DNA of 64,000 bases from a virus. This document shows positions 9,301 to 17,290 of this stretch, one piece after another. A program made the position numbers and the translations under genes. Position 1 is the first letter of the stretch. Each line of letters starts with the position of its first letter. The stretch covers positions 95,451 to 159,450 of IMG/VR virus record IMGVR_UViG_3300035491_000193; one strand, given 5' to 3'. Under the pieces are notes generated by a model that was not told the DNA's origin, did no database searches, and saw only the letters and a list, made by a program, of their open reading frames with translations.

Positions 9301-10440
9301 ACAACATCGTCTGCCAAAGGCCTGTATCAGTTCTTGGTGGGTAAGGACGGCAAGAGCGGGACTTGGGGCGAGCAATTGCGTGCCCACGCCAACAAGTACG
9401 GCATTCCGTCTAATGCCAGTGCGTTCGATCCGGTGGCTAACGCCCTCCTGGGGGCGGAGTATCTGCGGTTGGGTGCACGAACGGTTGGGAACTTGTCGCC
9501 GAGCGGTAAGGCCACACCAGTGGACCTGTACCTGTCCCATTTCCTTGGGCCGGGCGGTGCACGAACGTTCTTGCGTGGTCTGAAGAAACATCCAGATAAA
9601 AGCGTGTTGCCAGAATGGCAGAAACAAGCCAAGGCAAATACCTGGGTGTTCTACGCGGGCAACCGTCCGCGCAGCTACCGAGAAGTGTACATGGAACTGC
9701 AGCGGCGTGCCCGGAACGCCTTTAACTCCGTGAGTCAGTATGCTTCGGTTCCGGGTCAGAAGGCGATCGAGCCGCCAATGGCCCCACCTTCATCGCCCGA
9801 GGCAGCGTCGGTGGCTTCAGCCTCGGTTTCTGGCAATGTGGTGGATACTCCAGCACCGAACATGGGCGGTGGGGCGATGCCCTCGCCAGCAGCAGATAGT
9901 GGTCTGCCCGAGTCATCCACGCCAGAACAACGAGAAGCGGTGACGGTTGCAAAAGCCAAGCAAGACGTTCGTCAAGTAACAGCAGAACGCAACCAGGGTG
10001 CGGTGTCTACTATCATACCGTCTGAGGCACCGTCAGTGGGGTCCAGCATTGCCGAGCGCACGGTTGGCGCCATGCGTAAAAAGGTAGGTGATGGTCCCCA
10101 CCGCGTCGACATGGAACGGTATGAGACCGCGGTTAAAGACGAGGTGATGACCAACACGGTAGCGCCTGCCATGAACTTGTCGGAAGTAATGGCCTCCATT
10201 ACACGCCAACAGCGAGCCATGGCTGAGGCAACCAACGGTATCCTCAATGAACAGTTGCTGGTTCAGCGGGAGATGGCCGCCACCCTCCTGAGTATTCGTG
10301 ACCAGTTACTAAAATCATCGAATGCACCAAAATCGCCTGTCGCCCCACCTACTGTGGCGTCCAGTCAGGGCAAAGTGAAAGCCGAGCCTGCAGTTACACA
10401 CCAACGGGGAGTGATCTCCATGGCGCGTGAGTATTTTTAA
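3331..10440 (+). CDS. Tape-measure protein / structural lytic transglycosylase (PhiKZ gp181-like), 2369 aa
   Basis: Very large protein with a GAGGT RBS. The C-terminal region has SLT motifs MMESSLNP, AKGLYQF, ALLGAEYL and YLSHFLGPGG. It sits divergent to the beta-prime gene, as I recall for PhiKZ-like phages. Confidence 0.88.
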   Translation: MAKKEDLELDDWDLDDELDFDADFEPPSMAPPSGREAVMSIPAKAVTSAASTIAGEGKRRKLILDSLPKDYTVAADAYDNIASEGTAVYREAKDQLRQTKIELKKAGREALPMLKQYLPESLTKRVEKWTKDDSSTGNYAHVDERQAAIDAALSDTFQVKSEEARKEKLKERAEDELKESADILRQNRLHESLAGVHANTDAMVGYQTVTTNYRRKMLEINYRQYYALTDLLDITKSSMEKLVPASESIVRNTALPDYAKEEFLEIGQAMLKRKILSALSPAEFARSYLSQLGTNARRALSDFGSGVRDNISMVGGVVGMMGDDSSEDDSHLSPAQKRLKAAQTGAGMAGGMLARKYIQPHIRKIQEKLREQGEGNEALASFGRRARYNLTNLPEILNTYAKDNNYEGQHGWLGSLAALLQDIMPSYDGDTVGVTDVTGEELERAVPWSRRSDLTLNEVLPGWLSKIHGALTGVDEQYDHTTKQFVSTDVIRNRIRDTVGDQETREYVRQEIDRLVDIIDPDKELSAQDRTVLGRVLDEKIRKVESFDVRDLANSYDAYGSAGYNHDVMDLMTHFGQIEYDKPHQEKLNIEISDELRRLRESITPVQAAVDEMTGLYGHNAVANSGVLDQDLSLNKAMVDSYSNVADIHPASPEARARVAKVVEEVGKVILDPTVEVNIRDVTADVYQGVKDALYQSEPNLYMVLKDAMLAHRPPSTPLASTVVSVAQPKTEEDRDYTAEIYTGVRDALYYSDPNMYSVLSDVLYDRDRPNNLYTVIATACGELAKGNDQSDRGALESVVERIHAQLVANDISPQVDAILDLIEHMAISGIGTYEQPEGEKPGYFGKFGQHLRGTKDKTVDKVVSGYTWGREKLGKGKDWLKSKIGSPFKAIGALKDTVTDTVGSAWRGLTGTRDIYDDQGNVVLSGRILKMGQYFDADGKVIKTLKDIKGAIYDRDGNIVLSAEEVLRNASKYTYYTKQGWRKLSEMVGGGVGSAANRVVSIPKNVARFLKDQGGGVLNSLRTSGDIYVKGEDEPRLKRHLMLKGFYFDKKTGKVIRDVDDIGGPVVTGEGHEVISASELADPNFQLVDVNGEPFKSVVSKAVDKVGSVYRFGKRAVTGAVGFAADLLGAGAEGIRGFFKGFVTTEDVKGIKTVLTDIYELLDERLPGGSEKSEPEEKVAGDADGDGVRDNSFRDIFRRRREARAAAAEKNEVPNRPEDVDKKSPLGKILGALMGVGGFVADKFMGLMGTASTFFVTKVLGGLTDGFGKLAAKFAGWVATAMAGKQAADTVGEVLDTAGDIDLEREGRRRGGRRGRMRDGLRRGGNAAKNAAKRATSKVSEKMAQRAAAKAATQTASRAAAQTAARQAVIQGGRMAATAGVTAAASGISMAGVGSAVASGAAAVGSFLTAPVVLGAIAVGGLGYLAYRIATSEDNGPLDQIRFAQYGLEDYDDAKHDEVAKIRYLEAEVGKYVAYNKDGVASIRGFADETAIQVAAGFGVDVDNAEDLQAYEDWFYGRFCSVYLLWASRLRQLSPSSTMGELEKTVTDAKIRAEMAQRTLLPETHPVFNVMVSPFEPGWFGRDDLLSGTKVRGIHLDLLSDLKKKAEKAKDKVLASAEKDTTVVAIKSPAPTDSGSGSVVTVKKSANPNHDTDNKKSSTASVDEIMLDAASGNFRMGIIELSATEAVRMRAYGLTKLKTSKVLTLMALELDAHEHIVISRGIAKFKGSVEEFAKVHMPEFGSNYDDAEQQTAWRGWFTHRFLPILLKYLSVLNMHAPNARPFDIVESSTTPYLADVAKSLTWARVEIGGENVGVWSVMFNPWNDKDPINTDPKSTQGNIEFLESRKAAAELAEKTIDPNRPTAQVLTAGTNNRPRADSGSGTGPVVTAGSADQQRQQVSSAIDNAWNNRQVGGPGGNSGGPISSSGIPIGDISDPVDPNGAYAKIKLASHSRGDVAKMISEVSKATGMDENLMLTVAMMESSLNPNAGATTSSAKGLYQFLVGKDGKSGTWGEQLRAHANKYGIPSNASAFDPVANALLGAEYLRLGARTVGNLSPSGKATPVDLYLSHFLGPGGARTFLRGLKKHPDKSVLPEWQKQAKANTWVFYAGNRPRSYREVYMELQRRARNAFNSVSQYASVPGQKAIEPPMAPPSSPEAASVASASVSGNVVDTPAPNMGGGAMPSPAADSGLPESSTPEQREAVTVAKAKQDVRQVTAERNQGAVSTIIPSEAPSVGSSIAERTVGAMRKKVGDGPHRVDMERYETAVKDEVMTNTVAPAMNLSEVMASITRQQRAMAEATNGILNEQLLVQREMAATLLSIRDQLLKSSNAPKSPVAPPTVASSQGKVKAEPAVTHQRGVISMAREYF

Positions 10441-10443
10441 TCC

Positions 10444-10465
10444 GGTGGTGGGTACGCCCACCACC
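10444..10465 (+). promoter_or_regulatory. Intergenic 9-bp hairpin with UACG tetraloop and no U-tract
   Basis: GGTGGTGGG-TACG-CCCACCACC between two co-oriented genes. Confidence 0.5.
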
Positions 10466-10488
10466 CCCATTTCATAAGGAGTTCATCC

Positions 10489-12612
10489 ATGGCAATCCGA
10501 ATGGAGGACACACGCTGGATACGCGGGGCTTTTGGTTTAGCGCCAACTGCCCGCGGTCGACGAACGAGCAGTCGTCCCCGCACCAGTGCTGAGTTTAAAT
10601 TTGCAGACACCTCACTGGGCGGCAACCAAGCATTGAACCCACCTCCGCAACACACCCGATTTGCGGACCCGAAGGTGGGTGGGTTGCTGACGCGTGCCGA
10701 TCTGAGCGAGGCGTACCAGAGTAAACTCATTAAACGGGAAGATCGGGTGGGTAGCTACAGCATGGGACGGTTCTACTCCGAAGTTATTGACGATAACTCG
10801 CAGTACGTTCACATGCGCTTTGGTGTACCCAAGTACACCGGGATGATTGCGTTCTTCGCTAACATGTACGATCGAGACGCCGCCCGTCTGGCTAAAACCG
10901 GTAAGTACTCCAGTGCCATGCGGGACCTGGGTCGCGCTGCTGGTCTGGGGGCGATGTTTACCTTAATCCCGCTGGGAGTACTGATCCCACTCATTGTTAC
11001 CTCACAAGTGTTGAAAATGGTAACGGGAAAGAAGCCCTCTAAGTACTATTACCTGAAACCGACACCGAACCTGTATTTGCAGGCCGTGCAGGTGATGGCG
11101 GATACGCAACTACTGCATAGTAAGTTGGTGCCGTACAGCGAGCCTTTTGGCATGGATCGAAAGCAGGACGTGACGGAATCTGGTAATGTCTTGAATAGCC
11201 AGATCGAAGAGCTGTATGAGTCACTGCCCGACATTTGGAAGGCCAACGGTAAGTTTGACGTGTTCCGTGCAGTTAACCGGTTCCAGGTGTTGGCGAATTA
11301 CCAGGCGGAAGAGGTTGAGCGCATCTACCGGCAGTCTAAAAGTGAGGATGAGTACCTGTTCAAACTGCAGGCATACGTTGACCAGGTTAAACGTACCAAC
11401 GTTATGCAGAGTCAGGTGACTGAACGGGAAATGTCACTGAAAGCGCTGGCCATGTCGTACGCCAATAACCCGATGTATCAGCAGAACGCTGATGAAGAAC
11501 GGGAAGAGGCCAAAACGTGGGACGCGGTACAGGCCCATGCCGCTTCACAATCGGGCATCAGCGGCATCAACATCGTCAACGAGCAGGAAGAAGGACAAAT
11601 CGCAGACACAGCCACAACGTCTGCGTCGTCGGGGGTGGATCCTAACCAAACCAACAGTTCGTTTTGGTCTGGCCTGTGGGAATGGGCGGTTGATGGTAAC
11701 GAAGCAGCAGCATCTACCGTGGCTCGAGCTGGAGACATGTTGGCCTCGGAACTGAAGGAGGGGGGTGACTGGATCACGTTCCGTGTCGACGCCAAAACGA
11801 CTCTGTCAGATTCGTTTTCTAACAGTACTCGCGAACCTGAGATTGCCAGTACGATGAATAGCCTGTCGTCAGCGGCCCGCTCGTTGGAGGTCAATACGTC
11901 CGGCGGTAAAACTGGCTTCGATATCGTCGATCAGGCAATGTCGGGGGTAAAAGACTTCGTAGGCGGCGCCTTGGAAGCGTTCCACATTACCGGTCTGGCG
12001 GCAATCTACGGCAGCTCCATCATTGACATCCCGGAAGTATGGGACGCCTCCACTGCCCAAGTGGGGACGGAATCGTTTACGATCCAGTTGCGTACCCCCT
12101 ATGGTAACGACTTGGCCATCTTCCAGAACATCACCCTGCCGTTGTGTTTCATCCTGGCGGGCTGTTTGCCGCTTGCTACTGGCAAGCAGACCCACACCAG
12201 CCCGTTCTTGGTGGAGCTGTATTCCCGTGGCCGACAGAACATTCGGTTGGGCATTATCGACTCGGTCAGTATTCAACGCGGTACTGGTAACGTGGGGTGG
12301 CGGTCGGATGGTAAGATGTTGTCATGCGACGTGACTTTCAATGTGAAGGACTTGTCGAAAGTCATGCATATGCCGATCTTGAAAGATCCTGGTATGTTCG
12401 ACGATGACAACATGTATACGGATTACATGGCCACCATCGGCGGAGCGTCGTTGCAGGAAATGACCTCAAGTGTGGAGAAAATGATTTTCAACGCCAATAA
12501 GTGGAAACAATCGTGGAAGTCCGCATTCATGGAAGGACGGATTACCAACTCGTTTGCTAACACTTTCCCCATCAACGTGCTGAAGGCCTTCTCGGCCAGC
12601 TCGTCCCGCTAA
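10489..12612 (+). CDS. Baseplate/tail-tip structural protein (PhiKZ gp182-like), 707 aa
   Basis: AAGGAG RBS; follows the tape-measure gene; C-terminal segment TPYGN...SPFLVELYSRG...GIIDSVSIQRG...VTFNVKDLS typical of this family. Confidence 0.72.
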   Translation: MAIRMEDTRWIRGAFGLAPTARGRRTSSRPRTSAEFKFADTSLGGNQALNPPPQHTRFADPKVGGLLTRADLSEAYQSKLIKREDRVGSYSMGRFYSEVIDDNSQYVHMRFGVPKYTGMIAFFANMYDRDAARLAKTGKYSSAMRDLGRAAGLGAMFTLIPLGVLIPLIVTSQVLKMVTGKKPSKYYYLKPTPNLYLQAVQVMADTQLLHSKLVPYSEPFGMDRKQDVTESGNVLNSQIEELYESLPDIWKANGKFDVFRAVNRFQVLANYQAEEVERIYRQSKSEDEYLFKLQAYVDQVKRTNVMQSQVTEREMSLKALAMSYANNPMYQQNADEEREEAKTWDAVQAHAASQSGISGINIVNEQEEGQIADTATTSASSGVDPNQTNSSFWSGLWEWAVDGNEAAASTVARAGDMLASELKEGGDWITFRVDAKTTLSDSFSNSTREPEIASTMNSLSSAARSLEVNTSGGKTGFDIVDQAMSGVKDFVGGALEAFHITGLAAIYGSSIIDIPEVWDASTAQVGTESFTIQLRTPYGNDLAIFQNITLPLCFILAGCLPLATGKQTHTSPFLVELYSRGRQNIRLGIIDSVSIQRGTGNVGWRSDGKMLSCDVTFNVKDLSKVMHMPILKDPGMFDDDNMYTDYMATIGGASLQEMTSSVEKMIFNANKWKQSWKSAFMEGRITNSFANTFPINVLKAFSASSSR

Positions 12613-12658
12613 GGCAAAAAAAAAGAACCGAGGAGGGCACTGCCCTCCTCCTTTTTTG
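12610..12658. terminator. Bidirectional intrinsic terminator
   Basis: A9 run, hairpin GAGGAGGGCA-C-TGCCCTCCTC (12630-12650), then a T6 run, between convergent genes. Confidence 0.8.
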
Positions 12659-12660
12659 CG

Positions 12661-13164
12661 TCACATCGCATTCCAGACTTCATCGCAGCAACGCAGTCGA
12701 CCGCGCAAAATCGACAAACTGTAAATGCACAGGTCTGGGCAATACTGCATGGTATCGAATGGTAGTGTTCTCGGCACCCAGTGTTTGATGGTGCGCTGGT
12801 GCTGTGGCGTGATGCCATAAATTACCAATACCGCGTGGCCGTCCTCGGCAACCTCATAGTGATGTTGGTCGCACTTTGGTACTGTGGTGCTAGCAGTAAG
12901 GCACTCAGCAAATGCCACGTTGCGAAGCTGCCATTGCACGTTCGCCCACTCACGCCTAAATCGTGGTGTGAGGTTGGGTCCGTGAAGGCGAATGCGGCGT
13001 AAGCAATAACCGAGCAGGCGCTGCAGTTTCAGATGTACCGAGCTGTATTCCAGATTGGGCCGTGCGATTAGACGTGTGAGAATGCCGACCGCTTCGTGCA
13101 AGTTGACTGATGATTCCACGTTGGCGAGTAGGCCGTTCAACAATGCCTGTTCAGGGTAGTTCAT
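12661..13164 (-). CDS. Hypothetical protein (167 aa)
   Basis: ORF whose start overlaps the upstream stop (ATGA); part of a - strand gene run. Confidence 0.65.
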   Translation of the reverse strand: MNYPEQALLNGLLANVESSVNLHEAVGILTRLIARPNLEYSSVHLKLQRLLGYCLRRIRLHGPNLTPRFRREWANVQWQLRNVAFAECLTASTTVPKCDQHHYEVAEDGHAVLVIYGITPQHQRTIKHWVPRTLPFDTMQYCPDLCIYSLSILRGRLRCCDEVWNAM

Positions 13165-13676
13165 ACAGACACCTCTCGGTGAAGCACCATGCCGGCATCA
13201 AACTGCAGGTTGTACGCTTGCGCGCCACGGATCACTTCCCGAAGTGTGGAGTTGTCGTACGGCCCTTCCCGCTCATGATTTCGTTTAGAGATGGCCGCAA
13301 CAATGGTGGTGCTGAGATCAGGCCGACGCGCGCCTACGGTACCTGCAATAAAAAACCCGCCCATGACGTTTTCGATGTCGACAGCGTATTGATTGTTTTG
13401 AAACGTGAGTTTAGATGACTCAGTCACCTCGGGTAATTTATCCACAAGAGACTTAAGCACACGGGCACGGCGACCGTAACCCGCGATGCGCAGTCGCTCC
13501 CGCATCAGCTTCGTCGGATAGACGTCTGGATGCTGTCGCAAGTGCCACTTTGCACGCAAAGATAACTGGGTCGCAGTGCGTCGTTCTGCCGCTGTGGCGT
13601 ATTGGCCAAGAGCCAAAAATAAAGCGCAGGTGTCGATAATAAAATGACATGCGTTCTTAGTGTCGGGGCTTAACAT
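13161..13676 (-). CDS. Hypothetical protein (171 aa)
   Basis: ORF in the - strand run; translationally coupled to the next gene. Confidence 0.65.
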   Translation of the reverse strand: MLSPDTKNACHFIIDTCALFLALGQYATAAERRTATQLSLRAKWHLRQHPDVYPTKLMRERLRIAGYGRRARVLKSLVDKLPEVTESSKLTFQNNQYAVDIENVMGGFFIAGTVGARRPDLSTTIVAAISKRNHEREGPYDNSTLREVIRGAQAYNLQFDAGMVLHREVSV

Positions 13677-13707
13677 TGGGAAATAGTCTCATTGATCAAA
13701 GATGGAA

Positions 13708-13732
13708 GCATGGAGGGGCATCCCCTCCATGC
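13708..13732 (-). terminator. 11-bp hairpin, probable terminator with weak U-tract
   Basis: GCATGGAGGGG-CAT-CCCCTCCATGC immediately after the stop at 13736. Confidence 0.55.
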
Positions 13733-13735
13733 ACT

Positions 13736-14272
13736 TTACAGTACCGCGTAGATACGTTCACACAGCCAATCAAACCGTTTCTTATAGAAGGCAGTACCGT
13801 CAGGCAATACGTAGTAGTGCACCAGCGGCACTCCGTCCTCCAGCACCAAAGAAAGCCGCTCGGCCATTTCTGGATTACGTTCCAGTTTTTGCAGAAGTGC
13901 TGCTTCAAATGCACGGTTCGTGTCGTCAGACGGACGGTTGGGCGTACGTAGCCCCAGTTGCAGCAGTTGCTGCTTTACATCGCGTCCCCACGTCTGAGCG
14001 ACTTTGCCGGTAAGTTGTTTAAGGCGTTCGATGCGGCGCTGCAACATGTTGTTTGGGACATGTCCGTGTTCCGTCAGCGCCTGTTGAATTTTCAGGTAAT
14101 GGTAATAGCCTTCTAAAGACACGAACTGACCTTCCGGCAAGTCCAGCTCAGTTCGGGTGAAGTTAGATAACCAACGACCTAATTCAGTAGATGCTTGGGA
14201 ATACACGTTCAGGTGCGTGACGCCATCATCGCCCACGCGGTAATCAGTACCGTCAATAGTTACAACAGCCAT
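13736..14272 (-). CDS. NADAR (YbiA)-like phage protein
   Basis: DGVTHLNVYS...LGRWLSNF...FVSLEGYYHYLK...WGR...ALLQKLERNPEM matches the N-terminal two-thirds of the NADAR pattern. The C-terminal DxxWG motif is not visible. Confidence 0.5.
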   Translation of the reverse strand: MAVVTIDGTDYRVGDDGVTHLNVYSQASTELGRWLSNFTRTELDLPEGQFVSLEGYYHYLKIQQALTEHGHVPNNMLQRRIERLKQLTGKVAQTWGRDVKQQLLQLGLRTPNRPSDDTNRAFEAALLQKLERNPEMAERLSLVLEDGVPLVHYYVLPDGTAFYKKRFDWLCERIYAVL

Positions 14273-14278
14273 GGATTA

Positions 14279-15157
14279 TTAAGAACTCCCTATGGTTACG
14301 ACCGATTGAAGTCCGCGATGTCGAATTATTTTACGCACATCATCATCGGACATATCGTCAGTGATCCGAATAACATGCCAGCCCCGCTGACCGTTGAAGT
14401 GTTCCCCCACTAACCCGCCTGCGGTAGTGGTGGGGTTGGCCTTCATCAGGTACTCCCCTCCTTTCTCAAGGAAGCCCACATCGTACATGCTGGCTGCCAG
14501 ATACGTCACATCCACACACGTGACTTTGTCATGCGGGTCGGTACTCCGTGCCCGGAACAGATGAGACAGGCTCACGAACCCGGTCAGGGCTTGATCGTAG
14601 GCACTTTCTGCAGCCGGCAAGTCAAAGTCCGCCCCGAGATTATCCCGATCCACGAACCGGAGGTGGCCTGCATCCATCTCCTTACTGAGGATTTGTCGCA
14701 GCTCGTCGACTGTCCGCATCCCTGAGTCCGTGATGCTGATCACGGATCCGTTGGGCTTTTCCACAGTGTTCACCATCTCACGACTGACTTCCCAGCCGCG
14801 GACAAAGTCAAAGGTATCGATTAGCCACGTCTGTAGCAGCAATCGATGGCAGAACGTGCCAGGCGCACAATAACAACCGAGGATAATATCGGTGATGCCG
14901 TTCTCACCAAGCGCCAGGCGCTCAAACCGGTGACGGCAAACATCGGTCATGTGCGACAGCCGATCCCGGTAGAGGTCAGTGTACTCCCGCTCGCTCAGCT
15001 TACCTGCCTTAAAGGATCGAACCATCTCCCAGGTGGGGGCGATGTTCTCCCTGACCATCTCAGTCCCGCTACTGACTGTGGTGTCTATGAACACCACGTT
15101 ACCGTTTCGCGGAATACACTTTCCTACGTTCATTTGTGCAGTATGTACTCGGATCAT
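14279..15157 (-). CDS. DUF488-like domain fused to an uncharacterised C-terminal domain
   Basis: IAPTWEMV...LSEREYTDLY...LGCYC...FCHRLLL is DUF488-like; about 170 further residues are unassigned. Confidence 0.5.
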   Translation of the reverse strand: MIRVHTAQMNVGKCIPRNGNVVFIDTTVSSGTEMVRENIAPTWEMVRSFKAGKLSEREYTDLYRDRLSHMTDVCRHRFERLALGENGITDIILGCYCAPGTFCHRLLLQTWLIDTFDFVRGWEVSREMVNTVEKPNGSVISITDSGMRTVDELRQILSKEMDAGHLRFVDRDNLGADFDLPAAESAYDQALTGFVSLSHLFRARSTDPHDKVTCVDVTYLAASMYDVGFLEKGGEYLMKANPTTTAGGLVGEHFNGQRGWHVIRITDDMSDDDVRKIIRHRGLQSVVTIGSS

Positions 15158-15181
15158 GACAGGTTCCTTTTGCCAGTGACA

Positions 15182-15832
15182 TTAGAAGGATTTTGCGCGA
15201 ATGGCTTGCTCCTGGTCAATCAGTCCCACGGCCAGTGCCCAATCGGTCAGGGTGTCCGGCGCTCGCCCCGAGATAATGTTCTCAATCGGCGCATCCATCA
15301 GATCGACCCCATCCTTGGGTTTCAGGATATATCCGTAATGCAGCTCCAGTACCCGAGCAATCAGCGGACGGAGTTTATCCTTGGCGGCCAGAGTCGGCAG
15401 TACCTGATGCTCGTTCTCAGCAACACGCTTCACAATGGCAGGGTCAAACAGACTGCCGATGACGCGATACGCAAAGCTGAGGCGGTCGGTGGTTTCTTTT
15501 TGGAGCCCTTGACTGCCGTACAATACGAAGCTGGAAAACAAACCACGCACTCTGGTCAGGACCTCGTGGTTGGACTGCAGCACCGTCCGATACGTAGTCA
15601 CTGGGTCCGTGACATACACCGCGATCGATTCTACGGCTTCCGGCGATGTTGGAATAGTCAGCACCTGCCGTTCGTTGTAAGTGTGAGTAACACGAATTTG
15701 GTTACCGTCACGAATCAGCTTGACCGGATGATCGTCTGGCAGTTCAACTACCGTGTCGCCTGCCGCCAGTCGACTGATGCGGAGGTGGTCGCCGACAGTA
15801 AGGGTTACGTTATTGATTTCAAGGGTTTGCAT
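15182..15832 (-). CDS. Hypothetical protein (216 aa)
   Basis: ORF with AAGGAG RBS overlapping the end of the upstream gene. Confidence 0.65.
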   Translation of the reverse strand: MQTLEINNVTLTVGDHLRISRLAAGDTVVELPDDHPVKLIRDGNQIRVTHTYNERQVLTIPTSPEAVESIAVYVTDPVTTYRTVLQSNHEVLTRVRGLFSSFVLYGSQGLQKETTDRLSFAYRVIGSLFDPAIVKRVAENEHQVLPTLAAKDKLRPLIARVLELHYGYILKPKDGVDLMDAPIENIISGRAPDTLTDWALAVGLIDQEQAIRAKSF

Positions 15833-15834
15833 GT

Positions 15835-16836
15835 TTACTCCTTAGTGAATTGAGGGAAGAGTCGATTAAATAAAGTGTCAAAGCGCTCCACCTTGACGTT
15901 CTGACCAGCAGTGGCTAACGCCCACCGGTCTGTGTGACATAGCGCCGCGTATGTGTCTTCGCTGGCACCTATGTAGGGTGCCAGTTCAGCAGCGCCGGAA
16001 GGGTGCACGTCCCACTGAGGATTGATGCGACTGCAAAACGCCAGAAGTTCCTGACCGACTTCCTTCAGTGAGCGGGTGTCATTGAGCGGGCGGCGGTAGC
16101 TGGTTAACATGCCGCGGATGAGTTCTATCTCCACCTGTCGTGTGCGGGAGGTGGGCAGCTTGTCGAGAAACCGGTTCGTTTGGGATAGGTCGCCCATGTT
16201 GGCAGCACGTACCGCATTTTCCTGCCACAGATCCTCTTTAGCTTTGTCATCCTCAATCGAGTCGATCAGCAGCTCGACCAACTGCGGTGCCTTCCACGCC
16301 AGTAGGCTGGCGGTGAGCCCGCGCACCAGCGCCGACTGTCCGGTCACGTCCACCACCGAAAACAGCATGTCTGAGGTTTTCCCGATGGCAGAGTTTACCA
16401 GCTCCACCATGGGTCCCACGTTAATCGCATCGATGGCACTGTCCACATACTGAGCAACGCCATTATACATAACCTTTACTTGATTCAGACCGTCAAAGTT
16501 CTTAACTGCCTGCACTAACTCGGTTTTCTCCAAATCGCCCACTAGCCGATCCAGGTTGGGAATGTCAAATGCCTGCTCAAGTTGCGACTGGACGTTAGAA
16601 AACTCAGAAGAGATGTTTTCCAGAAAGCTGTCTGCTCGAGTGGTGAGTGTAGCCAGCACTTTATCTGGGTCCAATACGTCTTGTTTCAGGTAGTTGGCCG
16701 CCGCCCTGCGAAGCGGGTCATCGCCAATTAACTGGTTCTTTTTCTGGAGGACGTCCTCGCGAAACACGTCCACCACCGTCGGCACCTTTTTCGGGTCCGT
16801 GTTAAAGATGAGGGGTCTGACCTCACTCATGATCAT
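15835..16836 (-). CDS. Conserved PhiKZ-like protein, probable virion structural protein (333 aa)
   Basis: Long ORF; N-terminal VVDVF motif and position in the core block resemble jumbo-phage virion proteins. Confidence 0.5.
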   Translation of the reverse strand: MIMSEVRPLIFNTDPKKVPTVVDVFREDVLQKKNQLIGDDPLRRAAANYLKQDVLDPDKVLATLTTRADSFLENISSEFSNVQSQLEQAFDIPNLDRLVGDLEKTELVQAVKNFDGLNQVKVMYNGVAQYVDSAIDAINVGPMVELVNSAIGKTSDMLFSVVDVTGQSALVRGLTASLLAWKAPQLVELLIDSIEDDKAKEDLWQENAVRAANMGDLSQTNRFLDKLPTSRTRQVEIELIRGMLTSYRRPLNDTRSLKEVGQELLAFCSRINPQWDVHPSGAAELAPYIGASEDTYAALCHTDRWALATAGQNVKVERFDTLFNRLFPQFTKE

Positions 16837-17245
16837 CGTCCTTTGTGTTGCTGTGGTCGTGACGGGTATCGATATCCATGAGGTCGGAAATCAACGTCAC
16901 CTCGACGGGTTCTATACCGCGCTTGCGTCGAACCTTGATGGTCAGCTCGATCTCAGAAAAACCGGCTGACTTCAACCCCTCGATAAACCGATTCCAGCTC
17001 AGGCGGTCATATTTAGTCAGGGCAGCCATCAGGTTAGATCGCCGTTCGCTCCGCCGGTCCGGCGTTTGCTCGGGCACGTTCTGCGGGTTATTCACAAACT
17101 TGGTCATGTACCTATCCCATTGCGGGTAGGTGATGTTGGCCCGATCGATGATGGTCCAAAACAATTTGCCGAGTAAGTTGCCGTGAGATAATTCAATCTG
17201 ACGTTGTGGGTTTTCCGTGGCCTCTCTGGCCCGTTTCTTTGACAT
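16823..17245 (-). CDS. Conserved hypothetical protein (140 aa)
   Basis: GAGGT RBS; overlaps the next gene by 14 nt. Confidence 0.65.
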   Translation of the reverse strand: MSKKRAREATENPQRQIELSHGNLLGKLFWTIIDRANITYPQWDRYMTKFVNNPQNVPEQTPDRRSERRSNLMAALTKYDRLSWNRFIEGLKSAGFSEIELTIKVRRKRGIEPVEVTLISDLMDIDTRHDHSNTKDDDHE

Positions 17246-17290
17246 AGTGACCTCTGATGCTTAACAACATCGCGTCCTAAATGGACGAGC

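Noticed and set aside
14621-14638. LGADFD hexapeptide in the DUF488-like protein, identical to part of the RNAP catalytic motif (possible endonuclease decoy)
   Set aside because: The final GD is missing, codons differ at third positions, and there is no surrounding similarity; most likely coincidence.
14846-15853. 335-aa + strand ORF
   Set aside because: Antisense to two well-supported - strand genes, with no motifs.
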